This document shows, in pieces, positions 10,504 through 22,200 of a stretch of 34,531 nucleotides of DNA (positions are counted from its first letter, which is position 1; every line of letters starts with the position of its first letter). The position numbers and the translations under genes were made by a program. Origin of the DNA: Asterionella formosa (Eukaryota); contig NKIB01000207.1 in NCBI GenBank assembly GCA_002256025.1, positions 1 through 34,531 of the forward strand, read 5' to 3'. Under the pieces are notes generated by a model. It did not search any database. It was not told the origin of the DNA and was given only the letters and a program-made list of their open reading frames with translations.

Positions 10504-10560
10504 ATTGACGCATTATGCAATATATTGTAATACTTGTTCATTATTTTCCTTTATGCAGTC

Positions 10561-11637
10561 TCAGTTGCGTTCTCGAATCTTCTTTTTCAGAACTGGAGCT
10601 TTAAAGGACAAAAGTAGATTTTGTTTTCGTTTTTTCTTTGTTGGCGCTTTTTCCAATAAATCATCCAGCTTGAGGTTGCTTTCTGTGATGTCAGTGACAT
10701 AATGCCCATAAGACTCAATTTTTTCAATTGGAGAAATGTCTTTGGTTGATTCATTGAGAAAATCCAGATATTCTTCAATGGAATGGTTCTTGTCAACAAT
10801 AGGATTAGGTAAAAGTTCCATTTCTTTGCTTTGACAATGCCTCGTCTTAACTTTTGCTGCCTTATTCATGAAATCTATGTCCGACTTCTTGTTTTCCTTG
10901 TCATCATAGGTAACTTCTTCCTCGGCACACTTCATGCGCCGACTCTTCTGTCCATCGCTTCTCTGCCTTGGTTCCACGATGCGTTCCTCCTGAAGCAGTG
11001 GTTGTCCTTTTTCCTTTCGATTTCTGGAGCGAGTGATTCTAGTCTCCAAGATTGAAACAGAAGATTCAATGATCGAATCCTTGGGCTCCAAGAGTCGGAC
11101 ATGGGAGCTTTCGTGTTGACTGTCCTGATTCCCTGGCTCATTCGCGTCAACAGGACCCTCGTTCTTTGGTGACTCCTCCAACATTAATGTTTGAAAAGCT
11201 TTCTCCGGATCTTTATGTAATTCGTCTTTGCCCTCGATGACATCACCATTCGAGGCCTCAATGTGTAGCTCTTGGGATATCTGTTCCGACGTTGATGAAA
11301 TAAATTCAATTTCTTTCATCAGAAGCGATGATTTTACTTTAGTCTTCTCTTCAATTTGACGAATCATATTTTCTCGTTCCTCCAGCATGGAAGCTTTCAT
11401 TAGAACCAGTTGTATCCGTAGTTTCCGTTGCTCCTCATTGGACAAATGATGGTCACCATGGAGCATGGCAAATCGAACTTCCGATTTCAGGTACTTTGTC
11501 TTCCAATCATCGTCAGATACAATCACAGCAATCTCGTTTGGCTCCTCATGCTCAGTATCACGATTGTTCCACCAAGTTCGATAATGGTCTGAGTTGACGA
11601 TACTACGCAATGGAGATGCCATTGTCAATTTCGTCAT
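10561..11637 (-). CDS. Hypothetical protein, coiled-coil N-half and charged low-complexity C-half with basic NLS-like tail
   Basis: Long uninterrupted ORF. First ATG at 11637 (alternative 11622). KKKRK and KKKIR near the C-terminus. Forms a tight convergent pair with the RusA-like gene. Confidence 0.65.
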   Translation of the reverse strand: MTKLTMASPLRSIVNSDHYRTWWNNRDTEHEEPNEIAVIVSDDDWKTKYLKSEVRFAMLHGDHHLSNEEQRKLRIQLVLMKASMLEERENMIRQIEEKTKVKSSLLMKEIEFISSTSEQISQELHIEASNGDVIEGKDELHKDPEKAFQTLMLEESPKNEGPVDANEPGNQDSQHESSHVRLLEPKDSIIESSVSILETRITRSRNRKEKGQPLLQEERIVEPRQRSDGQKSRRMKCAEEEVTYDDKENKKSDIDFMNKAAKVKTRHCQSKEMELLPNPIVDKNHSIEEYLDFLNESTKDISPIEKIESYGHYVTDITESNLKLDDLLEKAPTKKKRKQNLLLSFKAPVLKKKIRERN

Positions 11638-11899
11638 TGTCAGGACGATTGTAGATGGCAAACAACTGTATTTTTTAAAATCTATTAATATATACCGGTA
11701 CTGCTACTTCGGTGACCCGATCTAATATGATTTAAAATTGTCCCCTTTTATAATTTTGCTCGCATCACAATCTCAGCAATATAAAATACAATGTAGTCGC
11801 ACCTTTGACCAAATACTTAGTGCAACATGCTGGCCAGCGTATAATGCCGTTAATTTTCATTCGTCATATGATTTTGAAAAAGATTTTAAGCTCTAAATA

Positions 11900-12030
11900 T
11901 GATCATCTTGGCAGAAATAGCAAAATGTTTTGATTTGTCAGATAAGGTGAACTTTACTCGATTTCGAGTAAATTGGTCATTCCATTATCTGCCAAATCAA
12001 AATATTTTCCCTTATCTGCCAAAGTGATCA
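11900..12030. repeat. ~130-bp imperfect palindrome (foldback) built from TTGGCAGATAA-like units
   Basis: TGATCATCTTGGCAGA..AAAATGTTTTGATTTGTCAGATAA..TTTACTCGA|T|TCGAGTAAA-like centre..TTATCTGCCAAATCAAAATATTTT..TCTGCCAAAGTGATCA. Confidence 0.8.
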
Positions 12031-12076
12031 AAATAACCCATACTAATCTACCCCCAGAACTAGTGGTACCTGGTAA

Positions 12077-12828
12077 CTCCCTCTATCTAGTAACACTTGC
12101 ATCGATTCGCCGGCACCACTAGTGTCTTTATTGTTCGCATATGAAGGATTACGTACCCAACATACCAAATTTCTACGTGAGGGTCGGTTACTCTGTTTCT
12201 GTAATTAAATTATTAGCATATAAATAAATAAATCGAAAACAAATTTAACTTATGCATATTCATTGCATACATGCACATATCGCCAAATGCTGTTTCACAT
12301 CGGCCGGCCACTCAAATATTTGCGGGAAACCGAATACAGCAAGCCACTATCATAATTATAGTGTGAATAGAGTAATTGTTGTTACTTTCTACTGTTGTTG
12401 CGCCTACATGGGCCATACCACCGGATGTTTAACGGTTACTAACTTCAAAACAAGCATACCGACATTTTCTTCCTTTCCATCATTGCAACTTTTGGGGTTG
12501 CGCATTCCAAAATTGAACGCAAGTTGCCGCTGTTCTACTTTCATATCGTGCTTTGTACGTATGTTGAGAATAGATGCTTCGAAGAAAAATGGGTCCTCAT
12601 GCATCTGCATTTTGATCGAGATAGCTAAAAGTGAAAATCGAAAAATCCCAAAAAGGTTTTTTTGAAATGTAATTGCCAATTTTAATCTTTCTTTATATAA
12701 TATATACATGATTCTGTAGCTTAGAGCAAGCCGCACAATAAGGCAATTGAGCCGGAGAAAATAGTAAGAGTCAAAATGGCCCCGGATAAAATTGAATTAT
12801 CGATGCAACTGTTATTGGACAAAGTGAG
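12077..12828 (-). mobile_element. Non-autonomous internally deleted relative (MITE-like, 752 bp) of the mariner at 7037-9454
   Basis: Degenerate TIRs 12077-12106 (2 mismatches to the full element) and 12799-12828, followed by TA. The left ~200 bp and right ~400 bp are colinear with the full element. ORF 12404..12736 aligns with ORF 8880..9365. Confidence 0.92.
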
Positions 12829-12848
12829 TACTAGTCTAGTACCAGTAC

Positions 12849-14235
12849 TGTCTTGGCCAGAAAAATGAAGAGAGGTTTTCAGTGTGAGCCGATGTACAGC
12901 TGAACCGTCTGTCTTACCCACCTACAAAAGAATAATCTATCACGTCATTATAATTTTGCATTTCATCTTTTGATATTGCATTCATACGCTACTGAGCCCT
13001 TTTTGCGGTCGTTGCCTGAACCCTCAACTCCTATTCTTTCTTTGCCGTACTAGACACTGTGAGTTGTCTTTCAACCCACTGCTTCTTCACTTCTGCTTTG
13101 GTTTTCGGTGCAAACAGTACCACAAAGCCTATTGGTTCTTTCCTGATCCCCCAGGTCTTCACCAATGCAACCTGGATGCTAATGTTTGTGCTCTACATCA
13201 CTTTGTCAATACTCCAGAACTATAATCCCCTTTCTGTTCCCTTTGACCTTCTAGGCTCTGATGCATCTGTTCAGGGTATGCAAAGTCCAGGTTATGGTTA
13301 CTACTCACTCCATTTTTCTGATGGATCTACCAGCACCCCTGTCCTCATGTACTACTGCCCTAAGCTGTCTGAGACTCTCCTATCCCCACAACCCATTTGC
13401 TGCCAGGACCTTGATCAGGCATATATTTGCTTCTTCTATGGCCCTTCTGGATGCTTATCAGTTGCAGCACCCTTGACTAGATCAAATAATCTCTTTTCTT
13501 TCAACCAGATTTCCTTTCAGCCTAAAACACACAGCTTATTTCCTATTTTCAGTTCAGAGTTGTGGCATCATCGCCTTGGCCATCCTGGCATGCATCAATT
13601 GGATCAATATGCACAGCAGGATGTGTTTTGTGATCCTTGCCCTCCTCCTCTTGATGCTTCCATCTTTCATTGGGTATGGAAATACAAAATCAAGGAAGAA
13701 GAACAAACCGAGCGAAAAAAGGCTAGAGCTGTTTGTGATAGCTCTACTTGTGGGGGCGAAGCTCAAGTTCATGGTCCCAAGTTTGCAACCACCCCTGACA
13801 TGACAGATATGCGTCTCTTCTTTGCACTTACTGCGCTCGAGAATAAATTGGTCTTTTATGCTGATGTTTTCAAAGCTTTTGCTGAAGCCACTGCCCCTGA
13901 ACAGGCGTACTACATGCGTGTTGATACCCAATACCGTGAGTGGTGGGCAAGCAAAGGTCAGGAAAGAACTTACAAGGTCATCCTGAAGCTCCTCGCCAAT
14001 GGTCCCGCCACATTGATACCATCTTTCAGGAATACAATTTTCCCCACTCAACATGCTACTTGCCTCTACGTGCTACAATTTCCAATGAAAATGTACTTTT
14101 CCTTTGACAAGTTGATGACTTTGCCATTGCAACCAATGACTTGCTTCACTATACCCACATCTGTAATGCTCTGGACAGCAAACTCCTTGTTCCTATGAAA
14201 CAACAACAGCGATAACTCTCTCAACATTACAATGG
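12849..14235 (+). mobile_element. Heavily deleted Ty1/copia LTR-retrotransposon relic (diatom CoDi-like); boundaries approximate
   Basis: ORF 13059..14198 has MYYCPKLSETLLSPQ, GAG-pre-integrase SELWHHRLGHPG, then RT motifs FHWVWKYKIK..RKKARAVCD and ADVFKAFAEA. QHYNG occurs near 14222-14236. The integrase core and RNase H are missing. A possible 5' LTR TGTCT..AGACA at 12849-13056 is weak. Confidence 0.8.
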
Positions 14236-14707
14236 GCGGTATTGTCTGCAAATTGAAAATATTTTATTCGTGTGATGCATCTTATAATGATGATGATTAT
14301 ATGATCATATCAATTAGATTTATCATCTAATATGTATAATATTTATCCTCATAGAGAATATTGTAAGGATTAATAAATAGATGCATGTATATTTGTATGT
14401 TTACCATCACTGATTGCAACCATCAGCAATCGCTCAATCTGAATTTAAATCATTTGTGTCGCAATGGGATAGTCGTACATGGGTATATGTACATTCTGAA
14501 ATTTAAAGGAATATCCTGAAAGTCGTAGTCATATGCCATGTGTTCTCGTTTTTGTAATTGGAAGAATTCCGATATCTATTTCGATGAATCGTGCTGTGAA
14601 TAGAATATGTTCTTTTTGTATGATAAAATATGTCGCTGTCAGGCCAGTAACACATTGACCTTTTCAGGAAAATGATCACAACTTGCAGGTACAGCAAACA
14701 AATACGG

Positions 14708-14760
14708 TTATTTTTTCAAGCCTACCGGTACCTCTAATCTAGGGTTGAATTGCAGGAACC
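14708..14760 (+). mobile_element. Second Kolobok-like right terminus (orphan)
   Basis: TTATTTTTT..GTACCTCTAATCTAGGGTTGAATTGCAGGAACC|TTAA is homologous to 1062-1108 TTATTTTTT..GTACCTCGAGCTAGGGGTTCAAATGCAGCAACC|TTAA. Similarity ends at TTAA. Confidence 0.6.
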
Positions 14761-15384
14761 TTAAATAAACAATTTAATATAGGATAAAGATTACCGCAAC
14801 TCCTTCCAGGTACCTTGGTACCAGTTAAAAACTGTAAGCCACCATTATTTTACTCCATCTTCCGACTGAAAATATTTAAGTAATTTAGCAATCAAAACCT
14901 GATGCAACTACGAAGAGTATGTTAGACGATGCACTCTACTCAACAAATAAGCTCCGGTAATCAATTTCGATTCAGTTTACAAAGCCATGAAGATCTAATT
15001 TTTTCAAAGTCATCAAAGATTGTTGCATAGCGGTGGCTTACAGTGCATATTTTTCTATCCTTACATGAGTATATTTTCCCCCCACACCGTGATTATTTTT
15101 ACTACCGTACGTTGATACTACAGAAATTCTTTTCGTATTAATTTACCTGTTAGGCGCGATACAGTATGTTTTTATGATTTTTGTGGGCACCACTCGTTCG
15201 GTCAACCTACTCGCGCCTCCCAAGCCTCGAACACAAGAATACTCGCAGGCAGTCTCCACCCTTCAGCAACTTAAAATACCCTGCTACCTGGTACAACAAT
15301 TCAACCACGCACAGGTCCACCAATACATTTCGAATCTCCTAACGGTGTATCACTTCCCTCTAGTTTACTACCATCATCATCGCC

Positions 15385-15696
15385 ATGGCCGAAGAAGACA
15401 ACAACATCCTGACAGATGAAGCCAAGCAGCTTGACATGGTTACTGATAGGGTGCAAGAAAAGGAGCTCGACGCATCCAAGGCTCAAGAGGCCATGTCGGC
15501 ACTAGTGGCGGGTGGTCCCAAGGCAAACGACGCCTTGTCACAGATTCAGGTATCCCAGGAAGATGTACAACTGATCGTTGGCGAGCTGGAAGTGACGGAA
15601 GCAGTTGCAGAACGAGCGTTGAGAGAAGTTTCATCTGGGGTGGTTGAAGGACAAGCAGTGGTTGTCGCTGCTTTACGAAGGTTGGTTACATCTTAG
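15385..15696 (+). CDS. HYPK: Huntingtin-interacting protein K (NatA-associated, C-terminal UBA-like domain)
   Basis: 103 aa. LDMVTDRVQEKELD..AQEAMSAL; IQVSQEDVQLIVGELEVTEAVAERALRE..VVAALRRLV. Confidence 0.88.
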   Translation: MAEEDNNILTDEAKQLDMVTDRVQEKELDASKAQEAMSALVAGGPKANDALSQIQVSQEDVQLIVGELEVTEAVAERALREVSSGVVEGQAVVVAALRRLVTS

Positions 15697-15991
15697 TATA
15701 GCCAAATAGGGACGAATCATACTACATTTGAGTTGGCGAAGAAATGCTCCATGTGATGCTCTCTCTATAGACTTTTGTAGGCTGTAGCGCATCAATTTCG
15801 TAGGAATTTGTGAAATATGAATTCCAGTATCAAAACAGCAACAACACTTTGCTTTTACATGATTACGGGGTACCATTGTTGTATACAGAGTCAAATTGCC
15901 TTGTTTTGAAGTTGTCGTTTTCAAGTGGGCTCTTGAACTTTTATGCTTTTGTTTATCAGTGGTTTTCTCCCCTGTCCATTTCGTGATGAAA

Positions 15992-16728
15992 CTATTCTTG
16001 CTTATTAGGCTCATCAGCGCAAATTGGTTCTGATTCCTTCTTCATGAAGCGATCCACTACATTGTTTTGGATCCAGCCAGTAGTTGACAGGGCGAGTCCA
16101 ATACGAAGCGGAACAGCAAAACGAGCGAAATTGACAAAGGCAAAGGCCTCAGCACCCAACTTTTCCATGTCTTCAGCATTACTGAAATCAGGCCAGTGAC
16201 CAGTGACTTCACGGTATCCAAAGACGCAAACAGGAACGGAGACAGCCCAGAAACCAATCTATTGTTTAGTTAGGGAGTAGAAACAGGTTGGGGTGTCAAC
16301 GGCGACATTTGCAAAAATGTTGATACAAATTATACCACAAGTATTCAACCTACCTCCCAGAGGGCATATGAGATGACTCCAGCAAGACCAGCGTCCTTGA
16401 CTTGTTTCATCAACTTCTGTGTGTCGCTGAGCTGTTCCTCCTCTGGTGGAACGACACAAACTTCTTCTTTCTCTTCAACGGTACCTACGACGGGGCTATC
16501 AGTAACAGGAGCTTCCTCTTTCTCGTCGACAACCGTACGCCTAAACGGGTTCTTCAATCCCAAAGACCTAAGATGTGGAGATGTCAGTCTAGAAGCCGCA
16601 TGGTCCAGAGAATTGACGAAGGCTGGAGGAGTATAAGGCAATCCTCGCATGCGACTTCCGACGAAGGATTGAGATTGAAAGGCGACAGAAGTGGTGACTA
16701 CAGATAGAAAGATGGCAGCTGATTTCAT
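15992..16728 (-). CDS. Plastid-targeted uncharacterised membrane protein (DUF1279-like C-terminal domain), 213 aa, 2 exons
   Basis: Exon 1 16728-16354, intron 16353-16259 (GTAGGT...CTAAC..TAG), exon 2 16258-15992. Signal peptide MKSAAIFLSVVTTSVA|F. Spliced product KVKDAG-like QVKDAGLAGVISYALWE|IGFWAVSVP...GHWPDFS...ARFAVPLRIGLAL. Confidence 0.82.
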
Positions 16729-16952
16729 GGTGAAAAATCAAAAAATTATGAGGGGAGGCTTATTGAAAGTGGGGATGGTGGGAATGAATCAAAGGAAGCA
16801 GAGAGACAATACAAGCTAGTACAAGGTACCATGTAATAAGGAGGAGGTCGATCGATGTCACTTGTCATACTGAGGTTGAACGAGATCAATACAGCAGGAT
16901 TTATTGGCGCATGGATGTAGCAGTTGATTACAGACAAATCTATACGATAGGC

Positions 16953-17605
16953 GGTACTCGGAGCACCTGGTGCTCCCTGTCCGGAGTCCTCCGTACATCC
17001 GTAAAGTACCTGCACCTGGTACCGATAACTGTATTCTAGAGTTGTATCTATATACCTATACGGTAGTCTAGTATGGTGTCAGTCTATACATAATGACGTG
17101 TTTTCTGAATTGATTGACTACCCCCAGAATAAAAATACCGGAGTTTATTTTAATACGTACCGGAATAGGTATTAGTACTGACCAACTACGGTACATACAG
17201 GTGTTAAACGAACATCTGTATTCAGCAGGGAGGCAGAGGAAAGGAGGGGTTAACAAGCGAGACTCTCGCTCACAAACATAACAGTATTTCTTATTTGCTT
17301 GGCTGCACCAGTATGCATACCGGTAGGTATACATAGTACTGGTACCAGGTACCAGGGTACACAAGCATCGCACTGACATCATTCGCAATGATAATCATCC
17401 TGTTGTCCATCATTCATAGCAACGTATTATGTAACAATGCTCTGAGCAAGCATACCGGTAGGTAGATAGGTCTGTACCTGGTACCCTGGTACGTAGGAGC
17501 TGAGTACCCGGTACCCGGTGCCATGTACCGGTGTACTACGGTACCTGGTACCGGAGCACTGTACTGTAAAAGATACCAGGAGTACCAATACATAAAAAGG
17601 GGTGA
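16953..17605. repeat. Dense cluster of TA-flanked CC..GG micro-units in a divergent promoter region
   Basis: Examples: TACTGGTACCAGGTACCAGGGTA (17337-17359); TACCTGGTACCCTGGTA, TACCCGGTACCCGGTG and TACGGTACCTGGTACCGG (17475-17554); several TACCGGTA. Confidence 0.85.
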
Positions 17606-17785
17606 TGCACGTTAGCTTCCGGTACATGGAACAAATTCAGATTCGTTGTTCCACCCACATCACCTCGGTGACGATGCGGATGAGAGCCATTCTGACGGTG
17701 CCATCCTCGTTCCTTTTGTGTATTACTTGAGAGCAATTGTATTTCTATTCTTCCTTTCCACCACCAAATTGGTATTAGTGAGGCC

Positions 17786-19165
17786 ATGAATCCTGACGTA
17801 GTAAGCGCAATCAATGCCATCCAAGCGGTGATTGGCTCTGACGCTGGTAACAGGGGAATGAAGGCGCTGATTGTCGATGGTGATTTGCTTGCCGCTTCCG
17901 AGATCTTTGGCAGGTTGGAACCATCCCATGTGGTTATTTTAACGGGGTTTCCCTGCTGTGTCAACGAAACTCCACCAACAGAAACCGATGGTCCACCTGG
18001 CGCTTTGGCACTTGCTAGAGCAGCCTATCACTTCGGCCACACTGTGTCGGTGATAACGGACGATTGTAACAAAGCAGTCTTTGACGCTGCAATGAGTCAT
18101 ATCGGTGACTGGTTGGAGGATGCATCGAAGATTAAGTTGGAATGTTTCCCTTCCAGCATCAACCAGATGCACGAGGCACGCCTAGAGGTTCTTGCAGACA
18201 AATGTGGGTTGATCTTAGCTTGTGAACGCGCGGGGCCTGCTTTAGATGGGATGTGCTACACCATGCGAGGTATCAACATGAACGATCAAGGTTTGATTGC
18301 ACCCATTCATCGCATTGTGGAAAAAACGCGTGGAAGAAATTGCATGTTTCTAGCCATTGGAGATGGTGGTAACGAACTTGGGATGGGGAAAGTTCTGGAC
18401 ATCATCAAAGAATCCATTCCAAATGGTGAGAAAATCGGCTGCATCATTGCAGCAGATCGACTAATAGCTGCCAGTGTCAGCAATTGGGGAGGCTATGCAC
18501 TAGCTGCTGGTGCAGCTTTAATAAGGGCGATGCATGAAAGCAAGTCCGACGATGATTTTGCTGACAAGGTTGATGAATGGATTGGAAAATGTCTGCCAAC
18601 TGAGACAGAAGAAATCGCTCTCCTGCAAAGGTGTGTTGATGCTGGTTGTCGAGACGGTGTAAGTGGAAAGGTGGAGGCCACTGTTGATGGTATGCCCCTC
18701 GAGACTAGCATGCAGGCATTGTGGAACATCCGTAAATTAGCATTATTTGACAGATATGGAGAATACAATCTTTCATGTCACTGTGGCAAAGTAAAGGCGA
18801 CCTTCCTATGTGATCGAAAGTCCATAACAGCATGGGATTGTAACTGCACAGACTGTGCCATGCGTGGCAATATTCACATCATTATTCCAAAATCTAATTT
18901 TCAAATAAATGGACATGAATGGAGGGGAGAAACAATTGAGTACTTGTGGGGTTCTAAGGTTGCAATCCGTCGCTTTTGCAAATTTTGTGGAGTGCTACCT
19001 TTCTACACGCCTCGGTCTAATCCAGAGGGGGTTGCAATCACTGTAGCTTGTATAGACTGGGGAGACTATGTAAAACCGGAAATTCTGACAAAACGCTTTG
19101 ATGGGATAAACTGGGAGGAAAGTTACAAAGCCACTGCTATTGCAAACGAGACAAAAAGCAGATAG
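17786..19165 (+). CDS. DUF4392 (D-glutamate cyclase C-terminal-like) domain fused to a GFA/CENP-V zinc-binding domain
   Basis: 459-aa single ORF. VILTGFP..ETDGPPG, CERAG, AIGDGGNELGMG, SVSNWGGY, DGVSG..TVDG, followed by LSCHCGKV..CNCTDC..RRFCKFCGV..PRSNP..FDGINWE. Confidence 0.85.
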   Translation: MNPDVVSAINAIQAVIGSDAGNRGMKALIVDGDLLAASEIFGRLEPSHVVILTGFPCCVNETPPTETDGPPGALALARAAYHFGHTVSVITDDCNKAVFDAAMSHIGDWLEDASKIKLECFPSSINQMHEARLEVLADKCGLILACERAGPALDGMCYTMRGINMNDQGLIAPIHRIVEKTRGRNCMFLAIGDGGNELGMGKVLDIIKESIPNGEKIGCIIAADRLIAASVSNWGGYALAAGAALIRAMHESKSDDDFADKVDEWIGKCLPTETEEIALLQRCVDAGCRDGVSGKVEATVDGMPLETSMQALWNIRKLALFDRYGEYNLSCHCGKVKATFLCDRKSITAWDCNCTDCAMRGNIHIIIPKSNFQINGHEWRGETIEYLWGSKVAIRRFCKFCGVLPFYTPRSNPEGVAITVACIDWGDYVKPEILTKRFDGINWEESYKATAIANETKSR

Positions 19166-19226
19166 GATATGTCTCTAATTCATGAATTTGCATCATCCGT
19201 CTAGCTTTTCTTCATGTTGTATGAGT

Positions 19227-22200
19227 TTAGAGTGTCAAAAAGCCCCGTGCCGTGACTCGGAAGGCAGTCAATTTTTGTGTGAACCTGTCACGATTTGCAG
19301 AGTCGAGCGACCGACTGACATCTCCCAAAAGCTTGTTGAGTGCTTCATTCAACTGCGCTTGATTTTCAGGGTTCTGCGAACTCAGCAAATGGTCTTTATA
19401 TGCGGAAAACGAGGTCTCGCTTGCCAGCATCAACGATAACATTGGACGCATGACGGACCAGTGATTTTGAGGTGGGCCAAAGAGGAGGAGGTTGAAAAGG
19501 GTAGCAGTCAAACTGGAAAAAAGGTTAGGTTGAGCAGCCAAGTGCTATTATCATGATGAAGGAATGGAGCATGTTTAGGAAATAAATAGAGCAAACAGAG
19601 AATTGAACACCAAACAGTATTACACTTACCTTGTTCAAATTGTGCATCTCAACCTTATCTTTCCCATTCGTTTGGAAGTAAAAGGTTGCAAGGTGATCAA
19701 TTGCATTTGCGCAGAGCGATGAGAGAGTTGCATCACTTGCTTGGAGACCTTCATGAACTGCAGTCATGAGCTGCATGAACACTCCAGTGTCCAGTGCAAA
19801 AACGGTTTTTTGATGATTGCGGAAGAGAATTTCAATGAAACCATAGACGGCTTTGCTCAGTTTAGGATATGCGACGATATCATCTAAAGGAACACTGAGA
19901 GCCATCTGCAAAGCAATGTCCAGTGAGCTATCCAATGCTTGGTCATTGTAAAGTGCAAAAACACCGAAACAAACGTAGTTGCCACCCAACGCAGAATTCA
20001 GAACATTCATTGCCAAAGCCATACCCTTGTACCGATTCTTGTAAATGTCAAGAGCATTCCCACTGGGCCTAGGTTGAGCCATGAGTCGTCTACCAAATGC
20101 GCAGACCACATCGCTGGTCGATCGAAAAAGTAAAATGCCGTTGGGACTGCTCTGGTCGAAGTTAACTCGGTTCGCTTTGTTGTGGCAGAACTCATGCAGA
20201 AATCGAAGAATGCTGATGGTGACATCGGTCTGGTCATGCCAAACATCGACAACCTTTGACAACAATGGAAGGTGATTTGGATGCATGAGGTCGAACAAAA
20301 GGCCATATGTTCTCCTGTTGTGAAGGCTTGCTGCAACACCGCGCAAATCTCTGAACACGCCAATTAATGGACGACGACAGTTTTCAATTCTGAGCTCAGC
20401 TGAGGCTAGAGCTCCGAGTTGGCCAAGCGTGTTCAACAGTGGTTCCATAAATTGCTCAAAAGTTAGACCTAACTTTTCCTCCCCACCAGGCGAGAGCAAC
20501 AATCTCGTCAAGGTTGCATGAAAAGTTGTGCGATGTCGAGCATTTGATGGGACCGCTAGGAAGGGGAAGTGATCTTCTGTATGATGCCTCGCCAAGAATC
20601 TTACTGTTTCTAAAGTCAACAAAAGCTTTGAGCTGCTATAGCCACCAGCCATATCGTGAAGCAACTCAAGAGTTTTCCCTACAATCTCTTGTTCTTCTGG
20701 CCAGAACTTGAGATTATTCCCCATTTTCGTAACGATGAGATTCGCTACAGCAGTATGATCACCCATTTGTAAGTGCTCAAACATTCGCTGGTAGACCTTT
20801 TGCTTCGTCGATGGGGCCGAGTCCAACTTTGCTGCCATCATTCCAACAACTGACACCGAAGTGCCACCTGGACTTCCGGAACTGGTTCCAGACACCTGAT
20901 CCCACATGAACATATATACTCGACGAAAATTCTGAAAATAGAACAGAAGTGCTTGTTCAAGTCGAGGATCAGTCCTTCCAATGCCGCTGGATGACGTTAA
21001 TCGATAGTCGACGCCTTGAGCCAACTGAAGAGCCCTTCTACTCAAACTGGCATCTATCGTTTCCTCGCCTTCCCCCATGTGTGCTGACGACCAGCTATGA
21101 CCACCGACGATAGTTCCTACTAAGTAAGTCAACCAAGTCAACTGCCCTTCAATAATTGCCATGCGTTGCTGAACATCCTGTGGAGCATTTTCAGTGCTAC
21201 TAGATCCCAGTTGTCCAATAATTTCCCGATATTGGTTCATTAAAGGGTCAAACTTGTTCAGAATCATATTGGCGATTGGTCCGTACTGAAATCTACAGAT
21301 AACTGGAAGACGATCAAGCTGCTCCATCAAAGAACCATCATCATCAAGGGGGTCATCAAGCGCGCCGTCACTACGGAGAACAGTCTCTACAGAATCGAGC
21401 ATGCTTTCTATGTACGTTTCAGCAACAAGGAGAACTTGCTTCTCAAGATGCTGAACATGGCCGCGAGCACCTGCTTCAGGCCTAACGTATGGGACAGCGG
21501 CAACCAAACGACCCCATAGTGCCAAAAGGTAGTGTATTGAATTTGTGCTGTATTGCCAATTTCGAATGGACTGTACCGTGAATGATGCCGCCAATTCGAG
21601 CCATTCCAAGTATCCATCGGTCTTCACTAGCTCACTCAATTGATAATTTGCTTTCAGGCGTCCCAAAAGGCGGCAAAACTGATGATAGTTTTCCTGATGT
21701 GCAAGTCCGGTCTGGTTCTTGAGGAGCTCCCGAATGCCATTGATGAGAAGGCCCAGAAATGCAGCTCGATCCTTGTCCGTTGGAAAGAGCGATCTCCTTA
21801 TTGACGAAAGTAGAATGACCGCTTCCATAGCTTTTGAAGAACGGGGTGGCTCTGTCTTCGCATAAAAGTCAAAGAGGAGTTCAGTAGTAGCAGGATCTTG
21901 CAAGACGGTCCTCCACGAAGTTGGAGCTTGGATTGTCCCGACATCTTCGGTAGATTCATCTGGGTTGGTACCGATAAAATCGAAGTTAAGGCATCTTACA
22001 GTCAAGCCAAGAGCTTGCTCTCCAAGAATAGCCTCTTGTTGAGGATTAGCAGCTGTGATGATAAAACAGCAAATGATTTAGTATATGGCGAATAGAGCAT
22101 CCATTACTTAGTCTACTAAAAACTTACCAATAGCGCGAGTTTGAAGCTGCTTCAACGTAGTTAAACCCAATTGAAAGACTTTGAAGAGACAAACATCTCG

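Noticed and set aside
17068..17627. Short ORFs rich in VPGT/YQV/YRY
   Set aside because: These are translations of the TA-CCWGG-TA arrays, not protein-like sequence.
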